From contig CAVTTN010000002.1 of assembly GCA_963737655.1 (NCBI GenBank), forward strand, positions 3,616,001 through 3,680,000: a DNA stretch of 64,000 nt, written 5' to 3'. The notes under the pieces were generated by a model. The model was not told the origin of the DNA. It searched no databases and saw nothing but the letters and a program-made list of their open reading frames with translations. This DNA comes from an uncultured Planctomycetota bacterium (GTDB taxonomy: Bacteria; Planctomycetota; Planctomycetia; Isosphaerales; Isosphaeraceae). The number at the start of each line of letters is the position of its first letter. Positions within the stretch are counted from its first letter, which is position 1. Position numbers and translations under genes: made by a program. Shown piece by piece: positions 9,409 to 21,900 of this stretch.

Positions 9409-10934
9409 CGCGATTTCGCGGGCCGGCGGGCGTCTTCCTGATCCTCCTCGGGAGCAACGCCTTCTTCTGGCACTCCCGCGACTGGAACGTCTCCAGCCGC
9501 TTGATGCTGACGTATTCGATCGTCGATCGCGGCCAGGTCTCGATCAATGGCCTCGAAGACCACACCCGCGATCGCGCCCGGATCGGTCGAATTTACTATA
9601 GCGACAAGCCGCCAGGGTATTCCGTGTTGGCGGTCCCGGTCTACTGGCTCGCGAAAACGCTCCTGAGGCTTCCGGCCCACCCGCTCCACCGCCGCGGCCC
9701 GGAATTCACCCACTGGCCGAGCGATTACTGGATCACCCTGGGCACCTCCGGCTTGTTGACGAGCCTCACCGGCGCCCTGCTGGCCTCGATGGCCCGTCGT
9801 CTGGGGTGCGGGCCGAGGCGATCGGTGCTCGTGGGCCTCTCCTACGGCCTCTCGACCCCGGCCTGGGTTTACGGGACGCTCGCCTATGGTCATCCGGCAA
9901 CGGCCTTCGGACTGCTCTGGGCGTTCGATCTCGTGAATCAAGCAAGCGGAACGCGTCGGCCGGCGATCACATGCGGGCTGGCGGGGTTCTCGGCGTCGTG
10001 GGCCTCGATCGTGGAGCTTTCGGTCGGTCCCGTCGCCGCATTGATCGGCGGATACCTCCTCGTCCTGGTGATCGGTCGCCGGCTGCCGTCGCGGACGATC
10101 CTCACGTTTGGGGCTGCGGCGGCGCTCCCGGCGCTCGTCCTGGTCGGGTACAACCTGCTGGCGTTCGGATCTCCGTTGGACATGGGCTATTTTCACGAGG
10201 ACCTCGCCGATTTCCGAGGTGTCCATTCGCGGGCAAACCCCCTGGGCCTCCGGGGGATCGACTGGGGACGGGCCGCGGCCTTGCTGTGGGGCGAGCACCG
10301 AGGGTTGCTGTTCTACGCTCCCATCCTGGCGCTGGCCCCGTTCGGATGGATCGTCCTCTTCGCGAGAAGGTTCTGGGGCGTGGCGATCGTCTCGCTCCTG
10401 GCGGTCCTGGCGGTCCTGATGGTGAACCTGAGCTATCCCGAGTGGACCGGCGGCTTCTCGACCGGCCCTCGGCTGCTTCTCCCGGCGATCCCCTTCGCGA
10501 TGCTGGCGGTGGCCGGCTCGCTGGCGGTGGGAGGCCGATTCCTCACGGGCGTCGCGGCAATCCTGGCGGTCGTCGGCTGGGTGATCATCCTGATGTTCCA
10601 GGGATACGGGGGCCGGGTGGCTCCGGCGCCCGACGATCCGAGGATCGAGACCCCCTTTCGATACCCGCTCCGAGGGGTCGTCTGGCCAACCTGGCGCGGC
10701 GATCCCCTGCCGGCGGATCGAGAGGGCGGCCGATTCGATCGAACCCTCGCGAGTCCGGCGGTCTCGCGCTGGAAGTTGCGGGGCGCCTGGCAGGGCCTGG
10801 AGTTCGCCCCCCTGGTCGTTTTCCAGGCGATCGGCGTGATCGCGTTGCTGGTGATGCGTCCCGGACTGGACGCCGGGCCTCCGGACGCTTATCCTGAGAG
10901 AGGGCCAGTTTCGGGCCCGACCCTGACCGGGTAG
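9405..10934 (+). CDS. Polytopic membrane protein, probable GT-C-fold glycosyltransferase
   Basis: ATGA overlap with the upstream gene; YYSDKPPG, GLLFYAP, WTGGFSTGPRLLLP, many TM segments. The stop codon lies inside the tRNA 5' end. Confidence 0.75.
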   Translation: MTRFRGPAGVFLILLGSNAFFWHSRDWNVSSRLMLTYSIVDRGQVSINGLEDHTRDRARIGRIYYSDKPPGYSVLAVPVYWLAKTLLRLPAHPLHRRGPEFTHWPSDYWITLGTSGLLTSLTGALLASMARRLGCGPRRSVLVGLSYGLSTPAWVYGTLAYGHPATAFGLLWAFDLVNQASGTRRPAITCGLAGFSASWASIVELSVGPVAALIGGYLLVLVIGRRLPSRTILTFGAAAALPALVLVGYNLLAFGSPLDMGYFHEDLADFRGVHSRANPLGLRGIDWGRAAALLWGEHRGLLFYAPILALAPFGWIVLFARRFWGVAIVSLLAVLAVLMVNLSYPEWTGGFSTGPRLLLPAIPFAMLAVAGSLAVGGRFLTGVAAILAVVGWVIILMFQGYGGRVAPAPDDPRIETPFRYPLRGVVWPTWRGDPLPADREGGRFDRTLASPAVSRWKLRGAWQGLEFAPLVVFQAIGVIALLVMRPGLDAGPPDAYPERGPVSGPTLTG

Positions 10935-11296
10935 CTCAGTCGGTAGAGCAACGGACTTCAATCGAGAGATCGAATCGGAGCCCCGGGCGGGAAGAACGCG
11001 AACCGCCCGGTGAGCATGCCGCAGTTTGCTGGGACACCCTGAGAGCCCCCGACACCACAACGTCGCCGGCAACGGCAAGCGTGAAGGTCTGAAAAGGCGG
11101 GGGATTGGGCAATCAGCAGGCAAGGGGACGGCGGATCGCCGCCCTCGGCCTCAGAGACTCGACGCGGCACGCCTGCGATGGCGATGGGAGAGTCCAGACT
11201 GCAACGCCCGGAATCGTTCGACGAATCCGGGAGGTCGGCGAGAGCCGATGCGGTAGGTTAATCCGTTGGTCCTGGGTTCGAGTCCCAGCCCGGTCA
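10925..11296 (+). tRNA. tRNA-Lys(UUU), intron-containing; exons 10925-10958 and 11258-11296
   Basis: The spliced sequence GACCGGG TA GCTC AGTCGGTA GAGC A ACGGA CTT|TTAA TCCGT TGGTC CTGGG TTCGAGT CCCAG CCCGGTC A folds into a full cloverleaf; discriminator A73; no encoded CCA. Confidence 0.9.
10959..11257 (+). ncRNA. Group I self-splicing intron (299 nt, no ORF, with a P5abc-like extension)
   Basis: P1 with a U34-G wobble (GGACUU|C pairs with GGAGCCC); P2 CCGGGCGG/CCGCCCGG; P3 UGCCGC 11017-22/GCGGCA 11164-69; P4 UGCUG 11027-31/CAGCA 11114-18; P7 GACUC 11156-60/GAGUC 11190-94; P8; P9-domain hairpins; terminal G at 11257. Confidence 0.92.
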
Positions 11297-11570
11297 CTGT
11301 CTCAACGACAAGCCGAATCACGACTTGCGGATACTCGCCCCCCGCCGGGGCGATGCGGCCCGAACGGTAGAAACCGCGTTGTGAGGCCGCTACCCGATCC
11401 GCATGGTCGGCCCCGAGATCGGGGTTCCGTCGCGATGAACTTCACCATCCGGGCCGATCTCCGACGAGGAGAAGGGCGATCCCGGACTCGACCCGGGATT
11501 TGCCGCGCCGCCTGAATCGGATCAGGTTTGAGGCTTACGATCATTCCGGACGAGGGCCGGAATTCCCGGA

Positions 11571-11978
11571 CTATTCCTTCGGCGCCTTCTTCTTGCGCCC
11601 CTTCGGCTCGCCCGTGCCGACGACCTGCGCGAGCATCGCCGCGAGCCGCTTCGCGGCGTCGCCCGTTCCCCGGGCGAGCTCTTCCATCTCGGCGAAGCTG
11701 AGCTGCGGGTCCGGGAAGGGGAGTCGGCCTTCGGCTTCCATGGCCGAGGTCTTCAGGACGTAGAGACGCGCCTCCAGGCGGACCTTCACGGAACATTTCT
11801 TCAGCAATTCCAGTTCGCGATAGAACGTTCTGAGTCCAATACCCAGGTCGGAGAGCAGGTCCTCTCGCGACTTCGGGCCTCGGCTGAGGATCACCACGAG
11901 GCGATGGAGCCTCGCCGCCCTCGCCAGGGTGATATGGACCGCCGGCCTCCTGCGGGCGCCTCCGCCGCTCCTCTTCAT
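11571..11978 (-). CDS. Small winged-HTH-like DNA-binding protein
   Basis: RAARLHRLVVILSRGPKSREDLLSDLGIGLRTFYRELELLKK resembles HTH_11/PafB-type N-terminal HTH domains. Confidence 0.6.
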   Translation of the reverse strand: MKRSGGGARRRPAVHITLARAARLHRLVVILSRGPKSREDLLSDLGIGLRTFYRELELLKKCSVKVRLEARLYVLKTSAMEAEGRLPFPDPQLSFAEMEELARGTGDAAKRLAAMLAQVVGTGEPKGRKKKAPKE

Positions 11979-12297
11979 CGCCGTCGCTCCCTCGAACATC
12001 TCATGGGCGGCCGATCTCGGGGTCCTCTGGGGATTATCCACGATTGCATGGTTGCATGTCCAGGGAGGATCGTGCCGATTTTGGGGATTGTTTCAAGGAT
12101 GAGGGGCGTGAGGCCCGATGGAAAGGGGTGACTCTCCTGGGCGGGATGAGCCGCCGCGCCGTCGGAACGGAGCGGAGGCGCTGCCCGGGGGGAAGGCCCT
12201 GGTCCGGAACGGTCGCCTCCGGGCGGTCGGGACGGCCCAGGGGCCTGGTCGGGTCGCATTGCCTCGCGGGACGCCCCGCGCCCTGGGAGCCTGGTCC

Positions 12298-13969
12298 ATG
12301 TCGACGCGCCGCATCCACTCTCGGGCCCTGAGGCCCGCGCCCGAAGGCCTGGAGTCTCGTCGGCTGCTCTCCAAGACGATCACGGGGACGGACTACGACG
12401 GCGACACCTGGGCGTTGAAGCTGATCGGGCCGGGGGACCTCCGGGTCACGAAGGTGGCCGACTCCTCGGGCAACCCCCAGACCCTGGACTCCGCCTCGCC
12501 GATCGACACCATTACCGTCGCCGGGGCCGATCCGCTGGTCACCCGGATCGTCGGCCAGGTCAAGAAGGGCCCGAATGGCGATGGCAAGGTGTTCTTCGGT
12601 CACTTGACCGAGCTTGGTGGACGGTCCGAAGGGATCGCCGGCACCAACGGCATCTACGCCATCGACATGAAGGACTTCTGGCTCGGCCAGACCGACACGT
12701 CCACCACGGCCACCGAGCCCTCGATCTCGATCCCCGACGGCATCCAGACCCTTCGATTCGGCGGGGCGGACACCACGTTCACGCCCACCGGGGGGCTCCC
12801 TGAACACGAACGGCAAGGCCGACGCCTTCACGGTGAACCTCGGACTGCCCAAGACGATGGGCACGTCCATCGTCATCAACCAGTCGATCACGTCGGGACA
12901 GGCCGCCCAGTCCAGCGCCTCGTCCACCACGCCAACCCAGGACAGCGTGGTGTTCAACGTCGCCGGCCGCCTGAACACGTTCCAGGCCAACGCGATCCAG
13001 GGAGATACCGATTTCCCCTCCAGCGGGTTCCAGAACGGCGGGGGCACGCTGGTCGTCTCGCAGACGGACACCGCCACGGCGATCACCGGCCAGATCGGCT
13101 TCGTCCGGATCGGCGGCAACGCCACGAACTTCGCCACGCAGACCAACGACAAGATCAGCAACTTCTACATCGGCGGCGAGACGAACAACGTGGCCCTCCT
13201 CGCGCCCAACGGCTCGCGGGCCATCGAGTTCGGCAAGGGGATGGACACCGTCACCATCCTCACCCACTACATCGACAGCCTCCAGGCCAACCGCGGGGCG
13301 CTGAACTCGAACGTGACCGTCGATCGCAACGTCGGCCGGGTGACGATCGGCGGAGACGTCCAGAACACGCAATTCCTGGCCGGGTATCAGCAGGGGCTGG
13401 CGTCGATCTTCCAGACCCAGACGGCCCCCACCACCGCCCCCAACGCCCAGGACGGCGGGGCGATCGACAACGTCCTGATCGCCGGGAGTGTGACCAACTC
13501 GGTCTTCGCCGCGTCGGTCGACCCAGATCAGGGTACCTTCGGCACGGCGAACGACCTGGTCCTGCCCCACGGCCACATCGAGGCCAAGGTCGAAGGCACG
13601 ATCGACAACTCGGCCGCGACCAACACGGCCACGAACGACGCCTTCTTCGGCAAGCTGGTCAAGATCAACAAGGGCGCGGTCCTCCCGCCGAACGTGCCGG
13701 AGCTGCCGTTCAAGGGCGCGGGCGGGCCGCCGACCGGGCCGAGGATCGTCCCGGGCCTGATGCCGACTTATGGCAACGGCGCGAACCTGTTCCCGAGCGG
13801 CCAGCCCAGTGGAACCATCACCGGAGGTCCGTCGCCGGTCCGGCCGGTGGCCACGTCCGCGACGGCGTCGCCGACCAAGGGGCGAGGGGCGACGGTCGCC
13901 ATCGCCAGTGCGAAGCAACACACGAAGGCCACGCCGAAGGGGCCAGCCCACGCCAAGAAGAAGGCGTGA
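12298..13969 (+). CDS. Secreted beta-rich protein with a planctomycete LEPR-XLL-type N-terminus; frameshift at ~12795
   Basis: MSTRRIHSRALRPAPEGLESRRLLS, continuing into ORF 12833..13969 after a G run; T/N/G/S-rich composition. Confidence 0.75.
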
Positions 13970-14091
13970 GGCCCAGGCGCCCGGCCCGGGACCCCGACGT
14001 CCCGGGCGGCGAGGTCGAACGGTCATCGCGATCCGTTGCCTGGCCTTCGCCGAACCCGGAACCTTGACGGGGCCGCCGATCTGCCCCCCGT

Positions 14092-17164
<3,073 letters not shown>

Positions 17165-17326
17165 GGACCGCCCCCTCCTGGACCCACCTGGATCGTCCCG
17201 TCCGTCGGAAGGCCCAGCTTGATCGCCGCCGACGGCCTCTTCAAACCCTCCCCAACCCGCCTGGAGGAGGGCGCCCGGCGGGGCGTCGTCCGCGGGGGGC
17301 TGCCTGGAGATCCCGCGGCAGACCGA

Positions 17327-18835
17327 TTACCGGGCCGCCCGGATCGCTTTTTCAGCGATGTCGCGGCGATACCAGCCGCCGGCGAACCGGATGGCCCGGG
17401 CCGCCTCGTACGCCCGGGCCTGGGCCTCGGCCAGGGAGCCGCCCAGGGCCGTCACGTTCAGGACCCGGCCGCCGTCGGTGACGATCCGGCCGTCCCGACC
17501 GCCCAGGGGGTCGGCCCGGAATGCGGTCCCGGCGTGGAACACCTTCACGTCGGCCATCCGGTCGGCCTCGTCCAGGTTGTTGATGACTCGGCCTCGCTCG
17601 TAATGCCCCGGGTAGCCCTCGGCCGCCATCACGACGGTCACCGCCGGCCTCGGGTCCCATTCGAGGTTGATCCGATCGAGCCTCTCGTCGGCCACGGCTT
17701 CCAAAGCCTCGAAGAGGTCCGACTTCAGCCTCATCAGGATGCACTGGGTTTCCGGGTCGCCGAAGCGGACGTTGAATTCCAGGACTTTCGGCCCCTGGTT
17801 CGTCAGCATCAGGCCCGCATACAGCACGCCTCGGAACGACTTGCGGGCCCTCTTCAGCGCGTGGACGACCGGGACGAGGATCTCTCGCTCGACCTGCTCC
17901 ATCAGGTCGCCCGTCACGATCGGCGCGGGCGAATAGGCGCCCATTCCGCCGGTATTGGGCCCCTCGTCGTGGTCGAACGCGCGCTTGTGGTCCTGGCTGG
18001 ATTCGAGGGGGATGATCGTCCGGCCGTCGGTCAGGGCGAGAATGCTCGCCTCCTGGCCGTCGAGCCGCTCTTCCAGGATCATCCGGTCTCCGGCCTTGCC
18101 GAACTCGCGACGGACCATCACGCGGTCGATGGCGTCGAGCGCCTGGCGGAGGTTGTCGCAGACGAACACGCCCTTGCCGCCGGCCAGGCCGTCGGCCTTC
18201 AGGACCATGCCCAAAGGGCGTCCCAAAACGTGGTCCTTCGCCTCGGCGGCGTTGTCGAAATACCGCTTCTGGCCCCGCTCCTCGATCTCCACTTCCACGC
18301 CCGGCGAGAGCATCTCGTGGGGATCGAGGATGCGGTCGATCGCCTCGATCGTCTCCGCCGCGGTCCGGCACATCATCGTGTGGCGAATCGTCGATCGGCC
18401 TCGCGAGCGGACGGCCAGCGAGACCTCGCGAGACATCACGTAATGCTCGGCGTCGGGCGCCGAGCGGAAGATCCGGTAATCCGCCGTGGGGATGCCGGCC
18501 TGGCGCATCAGGTCCTTGGCGAAGACCTTGGAGCCTTCGAGCTCGGCGGCGTCCTTCCTCGGGCCGAAGACCTTGAGGCCCTCGCGGGCGAAGGCGTCGG
18601 CGATCCCGTTGACCAGAGGCTCCTCGGGTCCAACCACGGTCAGGCCGATGTCCTGCCTCTTGGCGAACTGGATCAGGGCGCGGAAGTCTCCGGGCTCGAT
18701 CGACACGTTCTGCGCATCGATGGCGGTCCCGGCGTTGCCCGGGGCGCAATAGACCGTCTTGACCCGTCGCGACTGCTTGAGCTTCCAGCAGAGGGCATGC
18801 TCGCGCCCCCCTCGTCCGATCACCAGAACGTTCAA
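17327..18835 (-). CDS. purD: Phosphoribosylamine--glycine ligase with a duplicated B (lid) domain
   Basis: TTG start; GRGGREHAL, APGNAG, VVGPEEPL, ELEGSKVFAK, KADGLAGGKGV, QDHKRAFDHDEGPNTGGMGAYSP, EFNVRFGDPETQ. Confidence 0.95.
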   Translation of the reverse strand: MNVLVIGRGGREHALCWKLKQSRRVKTVYCAPGNAGTAIDAQNVSIEPGDFRALIQFAKRQDIGLTVVGPEEPLVNGIADAFAREGLKVFGPRKDAAELEGSKVFAKDLMRQAGIPTADYRIFRSAPDAEHYVMSREVSLAVRSRGRSTIRHTMMCRTAAETIEAIDRILDPHEMLSPGVEVEIEERGQKRYFDNAAEAKDHVLGRPLGMVLKADGLAGGKGVFVCDNLRQALDAIDRVMVRREFGKAGDRMILEERLDGQEASILALTDGRTIIPLESSQDHKRAFDHDEGPNTGGMGAYSPAPIVTGDLMEQVEREILVPVVHALKRARKSFRGVLYAGLMLTNQGPKVLEFNVRFGDPETQCILMRLKSDLFEALEAVADERLDRINLEWDPRPAVTVVMAAEGYPGHYERGRVINNLDEADRMADVKVFHAGTAFRADPLGGRDGRIVTDGGRVLNVTALGGSLAEAQARAYEAARAIRFAGGWYRRDIAEKAIRAAR

Positions 18836-19069
18836 CGCCCGAGCCTCCGACGAATCGACCGGACACGACCCCCCGCATCCTCGCAGGAACCCATTTTACG
18901 ACACCCGAGACGGCCGGCGACAGGCCAAACGGCCGAGGCCCGTCGATGTCCGGTCGCGAGCCGGGTAAGATGGATGGCCCGGGCCGCCGTCGTCGCGAAC
19001 TTTCTCGGAGACGTCGGTGTCTGCCCGGCCGATCCTCGGTCCTCCCGTTCCGTCCAAGAGGTCAGAGCC

Positions 19070-20071
19070 GTGAAGAGCGTTGCCGTGGTCGGGGCCAGTG
19101 GGGCCGTCGGGAGCCTGATGGGCCGATTGCTGGAGGAACGCGGATTCCCCGTCCGTTCGATCAGGTTCCTGGCCTCTTCGCGGAGCCTCGGCCAGTCCGT
19201 CACGTTCCGGGGCGAGCGGCATCCGATCGAGCCCCTCGAATCCGAGAGCTTCCGAGGGATCGACCTGGTCCTGTCCAGCGTCCCGGCGGCGGTCTCCCGC
19301 GAATTCAGCCCGAAGGCGGCGAGGGCCGGCGCGGTCGTGGTGGACAACTCCAGCGCCTTTCGGATGGACCCGGAGGTCCCGCTCGTCGTCCCGGAGGTCA
19401 ATCCGGGCGACATCGCGAAGCACCAGGGGATCATCGCCAACCCCAATTGCTCGACGATCCAGATGGTCGTGGCCCTCAAGCCCCTGCACGACGCCTTCCG
19501 GGTCCGCCGGGTGATCGTCAGCACCTATCAAGCGGTCTCCGGGGCCGGACAGACCGGGATGAGCGAGCTGAAGGCCCAGAGCAACGCCCTGGCCCGGGGC
19601 GAAACCCCACCGAAGCCCGCGAAGTTCGCCCACCCGATCGCCTTCAACCTCGTCCCTCAAATCGACGACTTCCTCCCCTCCGGCTACACCAAGGAGGAGA
19701 TGAAGATGGTGAACGAGACGAGGAAGATCATGGGCGACGACTCGATCGACGTCTGCCCGACCTGCGTGCGCGTCCCCGTGGTCAACTCGCACAGCGAATC
19801 GATCCTGGTCGAGACCGATCGGCCGATCTCGCCCCAGTCGGCCCGCGAGGTCTGGTCGAAGGCGCCCGGGCTGATCGTGGTGGACGACCCCTCGACTCGA
19901 AGTTACCCGCTCCCCCTCGATGCCGACGGCCGGGACGAGGTGTTCGTCGGCCGGATTCGAGGCGATCTGAGCCGCTCCAACGCCCTGCTCTTCTGGTGCG
20001 TGAGCGACAACCTCCGCAAGGGAGCGGCCACCAACGCGGTGCAGATCGCCGAGACGTGGGCCGGACTCTAG
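19070..20071 (+). CDS. asd: Aspartate-semialdehyde dehydrogenase
   Basis: GTG start; VAVVGASGAVG, VDNSSAFRM, IIANPNCSTIQM, STYQAVSGAG, SDNLRKGAATNAVQIAE. Confidence 0.96.
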   Translation: MKSVAVVGASGAVGSLMGRLLEERGFPVRSIRFLASSRSLGQSVTFRGERHPIEPLESESFRGIDLVLSSVPAAVSREFSPKAARAGAVVVDNSSAFRMDPEVPLVVPEVNPGDIAKHQGIIANPNCSTIQMVVALKPLHDAFRVRRVIVSTYQAVSGAGQTGMSELKAQSNALARGETPPKPAKFAHPIAFNLVPQIDDFLPSGYTKEEMKMVNETRKIMGDDSIDVCPTCVRVPVVNSHSESILVETDRPISPQSAREVWSKAPGLIVVDDPSTRSYPLPLDADGRDEVFVGRIRGDLSRSNALLFWCVSDNLRKGAATNAVQIAETWAGL

Positions 20072-20110
20072 CCGAGACGCCGGAGGGTCACCGCGCGAGC
20101 ATGTCACTCC

Positions 20111-20887
20111 ATGGTTATGAGGAACCTCAAGCTCGTCATCGCCTATGACGGCACCGACTTCTTCGGCTGGCAACGACAGCCGGGCTTGCGGACCGTCGAG
20201 CAGGTGCTCGAAGAGGCCATCGAGCGGCTGACCGGCACCATGCCCCTCCTCAATGCGAGTGGACGGACCGACGCGGGCGTCCATGCGCTCGGCCAGGTCG
20301 TCCATTTCCACTCGGCGACCCAGTTGCCCCTGGCGACGATCCTCCGAGCCCTGAACGCGCTGACCCCGGCCGATGTCCGCGTGAACTCGGTGGAGGAGAT
20401 GCCCCAATCGTTCCATTGCACGCTCGACGCGAGGAGCAAGCGCTATCGTTATGTGATCGACAACGGCAAGGTTGCCGACCCGTTCCTGCTTCGCTACGCG
20501 TGGGCGATCCCTCATCGGCTGGACGACGAGGCGATGAACGCCTCGGCGCAGGCCCTTCGGGGCCGCCACGACTTCCGCAGCTTCGAGACGAACTGGCCCA
20601 ACCGGACGAGCAGCGTCCGCACGATCTTCGACATCGGCGTGAGGCGATCGGGCGATCGCGTGGAGCTGGAAGTCGAGGCCGACGGATTTTTGTACAACAT
20701 GGTCCGCGCGATCACGGGTACACTCGTCCTGATCGGCTCGGGCCGCCGGCCGGCAACTTTCGCCGCCGAGGCCCTGGCCGCCGAGGACCGCACCCGCGCC
20801 GGGCCGAATGCCCCTCCGCAGGGATTGTTCCTCGTCCGGGTCCGGTACGACCGCGACGATCCCCCGATCGGAGGCCCCTCGCGATGA
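20111..20887 (+). CDS. truA: tRNA pseudouridine(38-40) synthase
   Basis: IAYDGTDFFGWQRQ, SGRTDAGVHALGQV, GRHDFRSF, FLYNMVR, APPQGLFL. Confidence 0.96.
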   Translation: MVMRNLKLVIAYDGTDFFGWQRQPGLRTVEQVLEEAIERLTGTMPLLNASGRTDAGVHALGQVVHFHSATQLPLATILRALNALTPADVRVNSVEEMPQSFHCTLDARSKRYRYVIDNGKVADPFLLRYAWAIPHRLDDEAMNASAQALRGRHDFRSFETNWPNRTSSVRTIFDIGVRRSGDRVELEVEADGFLYNMVRAITGTLVLIGSGRRPATFAAEALAAEDRTRAGPNAPPQGLFLVRVRYDRDDPPIGGPSR

Positions 20888-21870
20888 CGACTGCCCTGAT
20901 GGTCCTGACAACCCTGGTCCTCGGGCCCGTCGACGGCCCCTCCGCGCCCAGGACGAAGGAGGTCGCGGCGAAGGACGGTTCCTTCCGCGCGACATGGCCG
21001 GGCGAGCCGACCGAGGACTCCCGGACCGAGCGCGTGGGGACAACCAGCGTCGCGGTCAGTTTCGTCCATCTCGAACGCGGCGACGAGCATTTCAGCGTGC
21101 AAAGCCGAGACCTGTCGGCGAACGAAATGAAGGCGATCGACGCCGAAAAGACGCTCGACTCCTCGCTTGAGGCGTTCGCCTCGGGCAACGGGTACAAGAT
21201 CCTCGAACGCAGGAAGATCCAGGTGGATCAATCCCCGGCCCGCGAATTCCTCTTCGAAATCCCCGAGGGCAAGGGCCGGGGGCGGGCGAGGATGGTCCTC
21301 TCAGGCAAGAAGTTCTTCCAGGTCGTCGCGCTCGGCGGCAAGGCCGAGGAAGCCGGCCGGGCCCGGGCGTTCCTCGACTCATTCGCCCTCGGCGCGATCC
21401 CCGAAGCGTCCACGGCCTGGCGAGAATTCGCCTCCGTCCCCGGGCGGTTCCACGTCCTCTTGCCCGGGACGCCGACCCAGGTCGAGAAAACCATCGAGAC
21501 CGACGACGGCCCGACACCCGTGAGGATCGTCCAGGCGGCCGACGGGCCGATGACCTACGTCGTCACCGCGACCGACGCCGCCGAGGTCGCCGTGAAGCGC
21601 CCGAAGGTCCTGATCGACGGCACCCGCGACGTGATCTTGCAGAGGTCGCGGGCCAAGATGGTCCGGGAGAAGTCCGTCCCTCTCGGACGAGTCGCCGGCC
21701 GAGAGGTCCGCGCCGAGTTCCCCGTCGAGGACGATCCCAAGGGAGGCATCCTGACCTGCCGGATCTACCTCTCCGGCCGACGGGTGTATCAGGTCATGGC
21801 GATCGGGCCGAAGGACAAGCAGGACGCGGCCACCCTCGACAAGTTCTTCACCTCGTTCCGGCCGAGATGA
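20884..21870 (+). CDS. Exported protein with two tandem homologous alpha/beta (PsbP-like) domains
   Basis: Signal peptide, then two copies of F.a..PG.P...PAREF/AGREV...F/YQV...FLDSF/FFTSF. Confidence 0.65.
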   Translation: MTTALMVLTTLVLGPVDGPSAPRTKEVAAKDGSFRATWPGEPTEDSRTERVGTTSVAVSFVHLERGDEHFSVQSRDLSANEMKAIDAEKTLDSSLEAFASGNGYKILERRKIQVDQSPAREFLFEIPEGKGRGRARMVLSGKKFFQVVALGGKAEEAGRARAFLDSFALGAIPEASTAWREFASVPGRFHVLLPGTPTQVEKTIETDDGPTPVRIVQAADGPMTYVVTATDAAEVAVKRPKVLIDGTRDVILQRSRAKMVREKSVPLGRVAGREVRAEFPVEDDPKGGILTCRIYLSGRRVYQVMAIGPKDKQDAATLDKFFTSFRPR

Positions 21871-21900
21871 CCCGATTCGCACCTTTTCCTTCGAGCATCG

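Noticed and set aside
10925..11296. Alternative reading as tRNA-Asn(GUU) with the intron at 33/34 (10958-11256)
   Set aside because: It is formally possible, but P1 pairs U33 with A and U34 with G, and the splice site follows the U-G wobble. The discriminator is A73, whereas bacterial tRNA-Asn has G73.
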